A DNA stretch of 45,003 nt from an uncultured Eubacterium sp. GTDB lineage: Bacteria; Bacillota; Clostridia; Oscillospirales; Acutalibacteraceae. Position 1 is the stretch's first letter. Each line of letters begins with the position of its first letter. The notes beneath the pieces were generated by a model, which worked only from the letters and a program-made list of their open reading frames with translations, searched no databases and had not been told where the DNA came from. Where the stretch lies: positions 1-45,003 of the forward strand of contig CAJOER010000002.1 of assembly GCA_905233805.1 (NCBI GenBank), given 5' to 3'. This document shows, piece by piece, positions 1 to 9,343 of this stretch. A program made the translations under genes and the position numbers.

Positions 1-3000
1 TATGCGGTTTCTTCAATGTAATTGTTTTTATCTGTTCCCGAATCGTTATCCGTAGTCCAGTTATATGTGTTGGCAGTTACAAGGTTTCTTCCGAACTGAG
101 AGCCTGTTGAAACGCTGATTCTCTTTGCGCCGGATTCAATGAATTTTGAATAGTTGCCGAGGCACCAGAGACGTTTCGAGGGCTGGATATTATCGTGGTT
201 GGTTGAACTGATATAAACAAGGCTGTCGGGATAAATTCCCTTGCCGCAGGCAGTCCACCAGTCCCACTCGATAGCGTTGAGGATAGTCATATCCTGATAG
301 ATAATATCCGCCATTGCAAGGCCGTAGTCGATAGTCATACCGTTAGTGCTTCCGCCCTCTGACTGAATATGACCGAGAACGCCTGAGGAGGCGTCGTTAG
401 TCATTTGGCAGTATTCGGTAGAGCGTACCTTCTGCCCGTAGTAGTTGCCTCTGAGCGTTGTTGCTGCGGCTTCTCTGTCCGCGGTGCTTGCCCAGTAGGA
501 ATGAGCTGCAACGGTATCTACATAGTTTCTTATGTTCTTATTATTACTGTACTGCGAAGAGAAGCACTGAGCTAAAAACCTGTTCCACCAGTAGTTGTGA
601 TTAACCTGGCCCGACTCCCAGATTTCAACGTCAACCTTGCCGTTGAGCTTTGAATTGCCCGTAATTGCGGGAACCATATAAAGATTATAGAAGGTGCGCG
701 CCGTGGTTTCGGCGAAGTGGCAGCCCTCCTGGTTGCTCGACTGGGTTCCGTCGCCGTTGTACCAGCCCGACCAGTCCCACTCGGGCTCGTTAATCGGGGA
801 TACCGAGGTTACGTTATAGCCCTCGTCGATAAAGTGCTCGGCGCAGGTTGCCATATAATTTGCAAAGTTCTGGAACTTGCCCGAGGCGAGGTTTTCGGTA
901 CCCGAAACGTTACCGTTTGAATTGGTAGTAAGCGCGCCGTAGGTCTTGCCGTTTTTCGTCATAAAGTACGGAGCCGAGTTTGCGAAAAGCGTTACCCTTA
1001 AATCGGGGTTGAGGTTATTCGCAATAGCAAGGCAGTTCATCGCGCCGGGGTCGTTATTCCAGTTATAGGTTCCGTTACTCTGCATAAAGCAGTGAGTTCT
1101 CGCGTCGGCAACGTAGAGGTCGTAGTCCTGCTGGTCCTCGCTTCCGGCGCCGAGGTTATAACGGTAGATATTAAGTCCTATTCCGTCTTCCTTTGAGTAG
1201 AGAAGCGAGAGGATATCCTCCGCGTTTTCCCAGGTTCCTACCGACTGTGCCCACCACGCCGCGGAGGCGCCGAAGCCGTCAATAGTCTGATACTGAGTGT
1301 TTACGTCAAAGGTTGTTTCTTTATTTTCAAGTGCGGGGCTGTCAAGAATTCTGTTAATTCTCACAAGGTCCCTTGCGTTTATAACGCCGTCGCAGTCCAA
1401 ATCGGCTCTTCCGTCGTAGTTGGGCTGGTTATATTTTGTATTGCCCGCCGTTGCGCTTATTGCCGCGTCGAAAATCGACCTTACGCTGAGCGCGCTTTCA
1501 TAGAGATTAGTTGCTCCGCAGCGGGTGCATTCATAGTTTACGGTAAGGCTGTTTGAGCCTGTATATCTGTAATTGTGGCCGAGAGCGGGAGTGTAATTTG
1601 ATTTAACGCTTTCCGCATCGCAGAACGGGCAGGAGTAAAGGTCGTAGCCCTGCTCCGTACAGGTCGGCGCAACGGTTGAAGTCGTGTAGGAGTGAGCGTC
1701 GTTCATGCACCAGTATTTCCAGTTATATCCCTTCGCCTGATGAGTCTGAACCCAGGCGTAAACGCCTGTGCTCTTTCCGCCGACGCCGAGGAACTGCGCC
1801 CAGCCGCCCTCGCCGTTACCGAAGGCGTCTTCGCCCATCGTTACGTTTTCGCTGAAAATCTTAACGTAGTTGAAGCCCGTGTTCCAGAAGGCGTGGTCGT
1901 CTATGTAGCGGGTGTTGGCGGGAAGGTCAATCCAGAAGGTTGTACCCGAGCAGTTATTGAACGCCCACGGGTAGATATGAAGGTCGTCGTTACCCTGAGT
2001 GAAACGAATCTGGTCAATGCTCGTGTCGTTTGCAAAGGCGTAGTTCCATATCTGGTTGAGCATGGAGTCAAACTGAACGCTGCCGAGGTTAGTACACTCA
2101 GCAAATGCGCCCCAGCCGATAGCGTAAACGTTGGTAAAATCAACCTCGGTTATAGACTCTCTTCCCTGGAAAGCGGTAGTACTTACCGAGCATTTTGCAT
2201 CGGTAGTGCGGAAATCTACTTTATTTACGGCTGCCGTAAAAGCCTGCCACGGCTGAGAGCCGTTTTCATAGCTCGTCATATCGCCCGAGCCTGTGAAATA
2301 AAGCTTTGCGTTGCTTATATCAAAGTTCCAGGTAAGCTGCTGGGAGGAATAAGTATTGCTCGAGCATACGCCGCTGAGCTGGTTCGACCTGTAAACGGTA
2401 TAGGAACCCGCGGAATTAATCGAGGTGTTATCCGTAATTACCGTTTTGAGCGCAGAGCAGCCCGACAGGGTGTTCGACTCAAATCCGGTATAGGGAGTAC
2501 CCATTCTTATTACTTCAAGCGAAGAGCAGTTTTCAAAGAACCAGTCCGGAACGGTTCCGTTGGTCCACCACTTATCGCCGAGGTCAGCCCATTTAAGCGC
2601 ATAGCAGTTTTTAAATACCGCGGTATACATCCAGTTGGTGTTGCCCGGAAGGGAAACGGATTTGAGCGAGGTACAGTTTTCAAAGGCGTTATTGCCGATA
2701 GTGTCAACAGTGCCGAAATAAACCTCGGTAAGATTATTACAGTCGGCAAAGGCGTAGGCGCCGACGTTGATAACGCCGGAGCTCATTACAACCTTTTTAA
2801 TCTGCGTTCTGTAATCGTACCACTCGGGACGCGGGGAGTTGTTGTTGACGAAGTCCGCCATACGCTGCTCGTTTCCGCTGATGGTTATAACGCCGTCGCT
2901 GTCAAGTCCCCAGATAAGCGTATATCCGTCCGCACCGCAGGAACCCGACGCTATAATTTCGGCGTCAGCTTTTGCGGTAAACGTTCCGCAGGCAAGGCAG

Positions 3001-3047
3001 GACGATACAAGTATCAGGCTGAGTATAATTGATAGTACTTTTTTCAT
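1..3047 (-). CDS. Secreted modular protein: signal peptide, BspA-type LRRs, Cys/His repeat, dockerin-like repeat, GH30 glycoside hydrolase domain (3' end beyond window)
   Basis: Manual translation from ATG 3047 (upstream GGAGTG): MKKVLSIILSLILVSSCLACG...; LRR-like IGNNAFENCTSLKSVSLP; ADLDCDGVINARD (~1370-1407); QTIDGFGASAAWWAQ, LNIYRYNLGAG, SPINEP (~783-800) and STEYC (~410-425) typical of GH30. Frame consistent down to the window edge, so absent from ORF track. Confidence 0.88.
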   Translation of the reverse strand, partial: MKKVLSIILSLILVSSCLACGTFTAKADAEIIASGSCGADGYTLIWGLDSDGVITISGNEQRMADFVNNNSPRPEWYDYRTQIKKVVMSSGVINVGAYAFADCNNLTEVYFGTVDTIGNNAFENCTSLKSVSLPGNTNWMYTAVFKNCYALKWADLGDKWWTNGTVPDWFFENCSSLEVIRMGTPYTGFESNTLSGCSALKTVITDNTSINSAGSYTVYRSNQLSGVCSSNTYSSQQLTWNFDISNAKLYFTGSGDMTSYENGSQPWQAFTAAVNKVDFRTTDAKCSVSTTAFQGRESITEVDFTNVYAIGWGAFAECTNLGSVQFDSMLNQIWNYAFANDTSIDQIRFTQGNDDLHIYPWAFNNCSGTTFWIDLPANTRYIDDHAFWNTGFNYVKIFSENVTMGEDAFGNGEGGWAQFLGVGGKSTGVYAWVQTHQAKGYNWKYWCMNDAHSYTTSTVAPTCTEQGYDLYSCPFCDAESVKSNYTPALGHNYRYTGSNSLTVNYECTRCGATNLYESALSVRSIFDAAISATAGNTKYNQPNYDGRADLDCDGVINARDLVRINRILDSPALENKETTFDVNTQYQTIDGFGASAAWWAQSVGTWENAEDILSLLYSKEDGIGLNIYRYNLGAGSEDQQDYDLYVADARTHCFMQSNGTYNWNNDPGAMNCLAIANNLNPDLRVTLFANSAPYFMTKNGKTYGALTTNSNGNVSGTENLASGKFQNFANYMATCAEHFIDEGYNVTSVSPINEPEWDWSGWYNGDGTQSSNQEGCHFAETTARTFYNLYMVPAITGNSKLNGKVDVEIWESGQVNHNYWWNRFLAQCFSSQYSNNKNIRNYVDTVAAHSYWASTADREAAATTLRGNYYGQKVRSTEYCQMTNDASSGVLGHIQSEGGSTNGMTIDYGLAMADIIYQDMTILNAIEWDWWTACGKGIYPDSLVYISSTNHDNIQPSKRLWCLGNYSKFIESGAKRISVSTGSQFGRNLVTANTYNWTTDNDSGTDKNNYIEETA

Positions 3048-3068
3048 AAATATCACTCCATGCAATAC

Positions 3069-3827
3069 TTACTGGTTTTTTTCAAATATGATTCTCAGAC
3101 CGTCAATAAGAAGGTCGTTATCAATGATAATATCGTGGGCGCAGTTTTTTGCAATTGAACTACCGAGGCCGCCCGTAATAACTACTGTTGCTTTTTCGCC
3201 GAGCTCGTTTTCAAAGCGGTCGATAAAACCGTCAAGCATGGCGGCGGTTCCGATAACCGCACCCGATTTCATACTGTCAATGGAATTGGTGCCGATAATA
3301 TTTTTAGGCGCTGAAATATCAATCTGCGGAAGAAGAGCGGTACCCGTTGAAAGGGCGTTTAAAGAGGTCTTTACTCCCGTGGTGATAATACCGCCGAGGA
3401 AGTTCCCGTTTTTGTCGATTACGGAGCCTGTCGTTGCGGTTCCGAGGTCAAAAATGATAATCGGCAGGGGATATTTTTCCTTAGCGGCTACCGCGCCTAC
3501 TACAAGGTCGGCGCCGAGCTGCGCGGGGTCGTCAATTTTGATTGAAAGCCCCGTCTTTATTCCCGGGCCCACTATGAGAGAGTCGACGCCCGTCACGATT
3601 TTTACCGCGTTTTTAAGCGTGCCGATAAGGGCGGGAACAACACTTGAAATAATCGCGCTGTCAACACCCTCGATACCGTGAAGCTTAAAAAACGAGCTGA
3701 GTTTAATTGCGTATTCCTCGTCGGTCTGTTTAATATCGGTTGAAAGACGTCCCGAGGTTACGAGTTCTTTACCGTCCAGTACACCTAAAACTATATTTGT
3801 ATTTCCAACGTCAATAGCGAGTAACAT
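3069..3827 (-). CDS. coaX: Type III pantothenate kinase
   Basis: MLLAIDVGNTN, LGADLV, DLGTAT, GGIITTG motifs; start moved to ATG 3827 behind AGGAG. Confidence 0.95.
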   Translation of the reverse strand: MLLAIDVGNTNIVLGVLDGKELVTSGRLSTDIKQTDEEYAIKLSSFFKLHGIEGVDSAIISSVVPALIGTLKNAVKIVTGVDSLIVGPGIKTGLSIKIDDPAQLGADLVVGAVAAKEKYPLPIIIFDLGTATTGSVIDKNGNFLGGIITTGVKTSLNALSTGTALLPQIDISAPKNIIGTNSIDSMKSGAVIGTAAMLDGFIDRFENELGEKATVVITGGLGSSIAKNCAHDIIIDNDLLIDGLRIIFEKNQ

Positions 3828-3838
3828 CGTTAATCTCC

Positions 3839-5560
3839 TCAGATAGATATTCTGTAAACCATAACTCCGTGTTTCGGTACGGATACGGAGATAGTGTCGT
3901 GTCTTATTCTGTCGCCGCTCCACAGGTCGTGGATTTCATATCCCGTGCCGGAGCGGTTAAACTGAAGATATTTATCGTCCTTAAGCGAGTCGAGCGGGAA
4001 CTCAACCGGCTTCGGCTTTGAACTCTTGTTGAAGAAGCAGATTGCCGTATCGCCGTTTGAAAGCGGACGTGCGATAATATCCATTCCGCCCTTTCTTGAA
4101 ATAAGCTTGGCGGGTTTAACAAGCGGGTCCTGGTCAATGAGAATAAGGCTCTTATTCGTAAGTATATCAAGAATAACCGCGCTCTTTTTTGAGCCGTCGA
4201 GAAGGAGTCTTATATCGTTGCCGAGAACGAGGGGAGCCGCCATCATACACCAGAGGGTAAAGTGCGCCTTGTTTTCTTCAACGGTGAGTTTTCCGTTGCC
4301 GACTTCGAGCATATCGGGGTCGTTGACGTGGCCGGGGGAGGCGTGCTCGTAAAGCTTGATAGTTCTGTTATAAATATGAACTATGCTCTTCCACGAGGCG
4401 AAAATATCCATAGTGGTACGCCACATATTGCCCGCCTTCGAGCCCCAGTTCCACGGATGAGCAAAGCCCCATTCGCAGATTGAATAGGTAATCGGCTTTT
4501 CTTCGCTTCTTGTGTATATAGCCCACGACTTGGACGCCTCTCTGAGCGCGTCGCCCATACGCTTGTAGCAGATATATGACGAGTCAGCCATTGAGGCAAC
4601 GGGGTTCTGGAGAGTAATGGTATTTGCGCCGCTTTCAAGCTCGATTTCAAGTTGAAGTCTTGCCTCGGGAGTAAAGGAACGTCCCGCGGGGAAGTGAGCC
4701 TCATAGAGCTTTCCGTTAACGATAACCTGTAAATACTGCTTTCTGTTAAGCAGGCTTTTGTGGTTGTGGATAGTCATGGCGTAGGTTCCGCCCTCGTCAA
4801 CGTCAAAGTCGAAGGTCGCCGTGCCTGCGCCGTGATTGAGGAAGCCTATACCCTTTTTCGTTTCAAGGTCCTTACACTTTACAACTCTTGTTCTTCCCGT
4901 GAACTTAGCCTGGTGGGGGAAGAGCTGATACTGCGAGTGGTGACCTTTTTTATTGAGGTCGATATATTCGATTATCGGCGTTGAGCCGCTTAAATTCTGA
5001 TGGTGGCAGAAGTCGTATTTTAAGTATTCAACTCCCCAGGACGCAATTGTTTTTGCGTCAAGCTCTTCGTTGCCGAGAGAGGCGGGAAGGTCCTCGCAGG
5101 TGTGGGTTCCGTTAGAGGAATAAAGTCCCATTTTAAGGCCGAGGGAATTAATTCTCTTACAAAGCGCCTCCATACCCGAGGGGAAGGTTTCAAGGTCGCC
5201 CTGAAGTCTTCCGTTTTCGTCGCGCATTGAGCTTTGCCAGCAGTCGTCAATATTGACGTAGCGGTAGCCGCAGTCGGCGAGTCCCGTATCAACAAGCACC
5301 TTTGCGGTGTCATAGATTGAGTCCTCGTCAATTCTGTTTCTCAGCGTGTTCCAGCTTGACCATCCCATAATGGGCGAGGGGGATACCCTGTTGTCATACT
5401 CGTCAACGTCTTTAATGTCAATATGCAGTTTTGTTCTTCCTAAAGCCTTGAGAATACAAAGGGGGCATTTTCCGTCCGCCTTCATAGCAAAGAACCACGT
5501 CAGAAAAACTACGAGTAAAACTGCAATTATTGTGATAATAACTATTAATGCTGCTGTCAT
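3839..5560 (-). CDS. GH27 alpha-galactosidase with N-terminal membrane anchor and inserted beta-sandwich (CBM35-like)
   Basis: PIMGWSSWN, NIDDCW, YLKYDFC, SICEWG, NDPDMLEVG motifs; ~140-aa insertion after KYDFC. Confidence 0.92.
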   Translation of the reverse strand: MTAALIVIITIIAVLLVVFLTWFFAMKADGKCPLCILKALGRTKLHIDIKDVDEYDNRVSPSPIMGWSSWNTLRNRIDEDSIYDTAKVLVDTGLADCGYRYVNIDDCWQSSMRDENGRLQGDLETFPSGMEALCKRINSLGLKMGLYSSNGTHTCEDLPASLGNEELDAKTIASWGVEYLKYDFCHHQNLSGSTPIIEYIDLNKKGHHSQYQLFPHQAKFTGRTRVVKCKDLETKKGIGFLNHGAGTATFDFDVDEGGTYAMTIHNHKSLLNRKQYLQVIVNGKLYEAHFPAGRSFTPEARLQLEIELESGANTITLQNPVASMADSSYICYKRMGDALREASKSWAIYTRSEEKPITYSICEWGFAHPWNWGSKAGNMWRTTMDIFASWKSIVHIYNRTIKLYEHASPGHVNDPDMLEVGNGKLTVEENKAHFTLWCMMAAPLVLGNDIRLLLDGSKKSAVILDILTNKSLILIDQDPLVKPAKLISRKGGMDIIARPLSNGDTAICFFNKSSKPKPVEFPLDSLKDDKYLQFNRSGTGYEIHDLWSGDRIRHDTISVSVPKHGVMVYRISI

Positions 5561-6732
5561 AATAATCCTATCTCCTTAAAATAAGCGAGCTCGCGCTGCG
5601 CCTCTTTTTTACTTTCATCACTGCCGATATCCTTAGTTGCTTCCTTTACAAAACTCTTTCGGTACTTAAGGTTATAAAAAGCTCTGTATACCCACGCCGC
5701 AGGGGTGAGATAAGGCCGTCCCTCAATGAATTTAATGTAGGGGATGTCCTTTAACTTTTCGTACGGGGGGAAGAGAAGTTTAAGTTTTACCGAAAAGGCT
5801 GAGGAGTTTTCCGACTCTTCGAGCGCCTTCCTCTCAATTACCGCGCTGCGGTTTCTGTTAGAGTTACCGAACACGCCGTAGGAGAGAAGAAACTTTTCGG
5901 TTTTTTCAATATTATCAGTATATTTTTCGCCCGTGCCGAACCACTCGGCGCAGACGCTAAGAACCGTTTTTGCAAATCCGTCAAGTTTTATCTCTTCAAG
6001 CATGGAGAAGATTTTATCAAAATCAAGCTCAAAGCTTTTCTGCATAACCGCAAGGTCGTATACAAGACGGATTCCCGCGCCGTAGAACCAGAAATGGTGC
6101 GCGAGGTGGGATATAAGATAAACGAAGTGGAAGTTCGTATCAAGCTTACCGCGCATACCTTCAAACGAGGCGAAGTCCATAGCCCTTTTCATTAAGGGTT
6201 CAACGTCGGCGGTGCCGATTTTTCCGCTTATTATCTTCGTGTGCGCCTCGAGCTTTACGCCGTCTTTTTCGTAGTCGTAAACGGGACCGTTTGAGTTGAC
6301 GAGCGCATAGCCGTTTTCGATAAGAACGGCTTTTGCCGAGTCCCTGTCCTCTTCCGAGAGAAGAAGGTCGACGTCGCCCATAACTCTTGACTGAGGTACG
6401 GGGTAGTATTCGCGAAGCTCGGCGCCTTTAAAATACACGTGCTTTATTTCGTTTTCGGATAGAAGAGCGTCCGTCTCTTCAATAACGCGCCCCTGCATAT
6501 CGTAAAGCATAACCGCGTCGTAAAAAGCGCTTTTAAACATTTCAAATGCGCTTTCGGGCACGGCGTTTTTATTCTCGCTTGTATTGATTATACAGAAAAC
6601 GAGAGCGCCGAGGTTGTGCGCCGTTGAAAGAGAAAACAGCTTTTCATAATCAATGTTTTCATCGAGCCTGATACTGCCGCCGTTAAGGTGGGCTTTGCAC
6701 AGGCTGATTAGATAAGAAGCTTCTTTAATCAT
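5557..6732 (-). CDS. Nucleotidyltransferase family protein (NTP_transf_5-like)
   Basis: FKG...YP..R.MGDVDLL, E.H, HLAHH, GIRLVYD motifs. Confidence 0.8.
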   Translation of the reverse strand: MIKEASYLISLCKAHLNGGSIRLDENIDYEKLFSLSTAHNLGALVFCIINTSENKNAVPESAFEMFKSAFYDAVMLYDMQGRVIEETDALLSENEIKHVYFKGAELREYYPVPQSRVMGDVDLLLSEEDRDSAKAVLIENGYALVNSNGPVYDYEKDGVKLEAHTKIISGKIGTADVEPLMKRAMDFASFEGMRGKLDTNFHFVYLISHLAHHFWFYGAGIRLVYDLAVMQKSFELDFDKIFSMLEEIKLDGFAKTVLSVCAEWFGTGEKYTDNIEKTEKFLLSYGVFGNSNRNRSAVIERKALEESENSSAFSVKLKLLFPPYEKLKDIPYIKFIEGRPYLTPAAWVYRAFYNLKYRKSFVKEATKDIGSDESKKEAQRELAYFKEIGLL

Positions 6733-6734
6733 AA

Positions 6735-7241
6735 TTATCCGAATACCGCCGCACCGACGATAAGGCTGAGAATCGTAATAATAAGTCCTGCGATAAATAC
6801 GCCTACCGCGATAACGCCGAAACTCTTCTTTCTGTCAAGATGAAGGAGCGAGGCAAGAAGAGCGCCCGTCCAGCCGCCGGTTCCGGGAAGGGGAATTGCA
6901 ACGAAAATGAGAAGCCCCCATATACCGTACTTGTCAATTTTATCCTTCTTTTTGAGCGTGTGCTCTTCAAGCCAGTATATCGGCTTGTTGATAACGGGAA
7001 CCTTTTTCAGCAGTTCGAAAATCTTGTTTATGAGAAACAGGATAAACGGTATCGGAAGAAGGTTACCGAGAAAACTTATGATAAATCCTACGAAGGGATT
7101 CATCTGAAGCAGCACGATAGCCGTAAACATTCCGAGCCTGCACTCCAGAATCGGGAAGAGCGAAATTATAAATACAACGAGCCAGTCGGGGACGCCGTGA
7201 GCCGAAAGAAACTGCTGTATGGTCTGACAAACTTCCTGCAT
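6735..7241 (-). CDS. Putative small multidrug export (COG2426-like) membrane protein
   Basis: SLFPILECR and FVAIPLPGTGGWTGAL signature; hydrophobic. Confidence 0.85.
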   Translation of the reverse strand: MQEVCQTIQQFLSAHGVPDWLVVFIISLFPILECRLGMFTAIVLLQMNPFVGFIISFLGNLLPIPFILFLINKIFELLKKVPVINKPIYWLEEHTLKKKDKIDKYGIWGLLIFVAIPLPGTGGWTGALLASLLHLDRKKSFGVIAVGVFIAGLIITILSLIVGAAVFG

Positions 7242-7250
7242 ATATTACTC

Positions 7251-7967
7251 CTAAATATAATTGTTTTCGTTTAGAAATTCGTAGGCTGACCTGAGGATTG
7301 TTTTATCGTTTTCAAATTTGAGAAGGCTCATAGCCCTGTCGTAAGTGAGCCAGATATAATCCTCAATCTCGCTTTGCTGAATTACGGTTGAGGTGTCCTT
7401 GGTCGTTCCTACGAAAATGGAAACCTGCTTTTCGATTTTGTTCCTGATTTTGTATTTTGAAACGGACTCGTACCCCTCAATAATGCTGAGGTGGATTCCT
7501 GTTTCCTCAAGAACCTCGCGGTATGCGGTTTCCTCTTTCGTTTCGCCCTTTTCTATATGCCCCTTGGGAAAGCCCCAGTGAGCCGAGCGGCGGTTTTTTA
7601 TTAAGAGGAACCGCACCTCGCCGTGAATATCTCTGAAAACGACAGCGCCGCAGCTGCTTTCATAAAGACATTCAATTCTGTAATCGGGATAATCCCTTTC
7701 AAGATTAAGGTATTCCTTAATATCGTTGATAATGAAACGGGTGCTTTTAGGTGCTACAATCCAGATAAACTTCTGCGCCTTTTTGTCCGAGAGAATTGCT
7801 ATAATGCGTCCGTCAAAATTACGTACGGGATGATGAATTCCCATAATGAACGCATACTGGTTCTCGTATCCGTAAACTTCGCCGTAGTTAAGCGGATAGC
7901 TGCAGCCCGTCTCACCATCAGAGCCGATAGGGTTTGTAACCCTGACTCTAACGCATTTTCCGAGCAT
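7251..7967 (-). CDS. NUDIX hydrolase (Ap4A hydrolase-like) with N-terminal pyrophosphatase-like domain
   Basis: SCGAVV and WGFPKGHIEKGETKEETAYREVLEETG Nudix box; N-terminal YPLNYG...GRIIA. Confidence 0.8.
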   Translation of the reverse strand: MLGKCVRVRVTNPIGSDGETGCSYPLNYGEVYGYENQYAFIMGIHHPVRNFDGRIIAILSDKKAQKFIWIVAPKSTRFIINDIKEYLNLERDYPDYRIECLYESSCGAVVFRDIHGEVRFLLIKNRRSAHWGFPKGHIEKGETKEETAYREVLEETGIHLSIIEGYESVSKYKIRNKIEKQVSIFVGTTKDTSTVIQQSEIEDYIWLTYDRAMSLLKFENDKTILRSAYEFLNENNYI

Positions 7968-8167
7968 ATTTTCACCACCGAGATAGGGGGGAAGAAACGC
8001 GTTTGTACAGACTTCCCCAAGATAATATGTGTATATTATACATTAATTTTAAATAATATACAAGTAAAAAATATCCGTAACCTTTAAGTAACTTAAAGAA
8101 AATTTTACTTTTATATTATTTTATGATATAATACTAACTTGGAATATTCTGCAACGGAGGTAATTCT

Positions 8168-9343
8168 ATGTATAAAGCAGTAATATTTGACTTTGACGGA
8201 ACGCTGTGCGATACGGGTGAAGGTATATTCAAAAGTGCGCGTTATGCGCTTGAATCCTTCGGTTATGAGGTGCCCGAGGATGAAAATCTTTCGTACTTTA
8301 TCGGCCCGCCGCTTCTCGTAACGTTTCAGGAGCGTTTCAATACAAGCGTTACCGAGGCGGAGGAACTCGTTAAAAAGTACCGCGAGCGCTATACTAACGA
8401 GGGGCTTTACGAGTGCGAGCTTTACGACGGAATTGTCGATATGATTGCGTCCCTGAAAAAGGACGGCATAAAGCTTGCAATCGCCTCTTCCAAACCTACG
8501 ATTTATATTGAACAGCTGCTTGATAAGTTCAGCATTGCAGGCTATTTTGATTCTGTATGCGGCGTGGATTTTGCCGTTGACTGCGAACCGAAACAAAGTA
8601 TTGTTGCGAGGTGTCTTGAAGAACTCGGCGTCGAGGGGAAAGAGGCAATCGTAGTAGGCGACAGGTCTTACGATATTGAGGGCGCGTCGGCGTGCGAGGC
8701 TGACAGCGTCGGAGTAATGTGGGGCTACGGCAGCAAGTTTGAATTTATTGAAAGCGGGGCAACTTATATTGCCGAAAAGCTCGGGGATATTGAGTCGATT
8801 GCCCTCGGACTTTACGAGCGGACCGAGGAGGTTCAGGGAATATACAGCGGCCGTATTCTTACGGTGCACAAGGACGAGGTTACGCTTTGTAACGGAAATA
8901 CCGCCACGCGTGAATGCGTTGACCACCCCGGCGGAGTTGCGGTTATAGGAATTACCGACGAGGACGAAATCCTTCTTGTAAGGCAGTTCAGATACCCGTA
9001 TAAAGAAACGATATACGAAATTCCCGCGGGCAAGGTTGAAAAGGGGGAGGACCCCTTCGATACGGGCGTAAGGGAGTTTAAAGAGGAATGCGGCGCAGTG
9101 GCAGACGAGTATTTTTCACTCGGAGAAATCTATCCTTCGCCCGGTTACACGAGCGAGGTTATCCGCCTCTGGGGCGCGACGGGAATTCATTTTGAAGAGC
9201 AGGAGCTTGACGAGGACGAATTTCTTGAAGTGAAAAAGTTTAAACTCGACGTAATCGTTGATAAAATAATGAACGGCGAAATCAAGGACGCAAAGACCGT
9301 CGCCGCCGTATTCAAACTGAAAGAGAAACTTAGTAAAAAATGA
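8168..9343 (+). CDS. HAD-family phosphatase fused to ADP-ribose pyrophosphatase-type NUDIX domain
   Basis: FDFDGTL, FIGPPL, ASSKP, VGDRSYDIEGA, then HPGGVAV, RQFRYP, EIPAGK..REFKEECG, YPSPG, IKDAKT. Confidence 0.88.
   Translation: MYKAVIFDFDGTLCDTGEGIFKSARYALESFGYEVPEDENLSYFIGPPLLVTFQERFNTSVTEAEELVKKYRERYTNEGLYECELYDGIVDMIASLKKDGIKLAIASSKPTIYIEQLLDKFSIAGYFDSVCGVDFAVDCEPKQSIVARCLEELGVEGKEAIVVGDRSYDIEGASACEADSVGVMWGYGSKFEFIESGATYIAEKLGDIESIALGLYERTEEVQGIYSGRILTVHKDEVTLCNGNTATRECVDHPGGVAVIGITDEDEILLVRQFRYPYKETIYEIPAGKVEKGEDPFDTGVREFKEECGAVADEYFSLGEIYPSPGYTSEVIRLWGATGIHFEEQELDEDEFLEVKKFKLDVIVDKIMNGEIKDAKTVAAVFKLKEKLSKK

Noticed and set aside
1692-3032. 446-aa + strand ORF (and 717-920, 2839-3681)
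   Set aside because: Antisense shadows of the real minus-strand LRR/GH30 and coaX genes; no motifs
3828-3923. N-terminal extension of coaX in ORF track
   Set aside because: Overlaps GH27; RBS and family start are at 3827
8111-8926. 271-aa minus ORF and other short nested ORFs across the window
   Set aside because: Antisense or alternate-frame to well-supported genes
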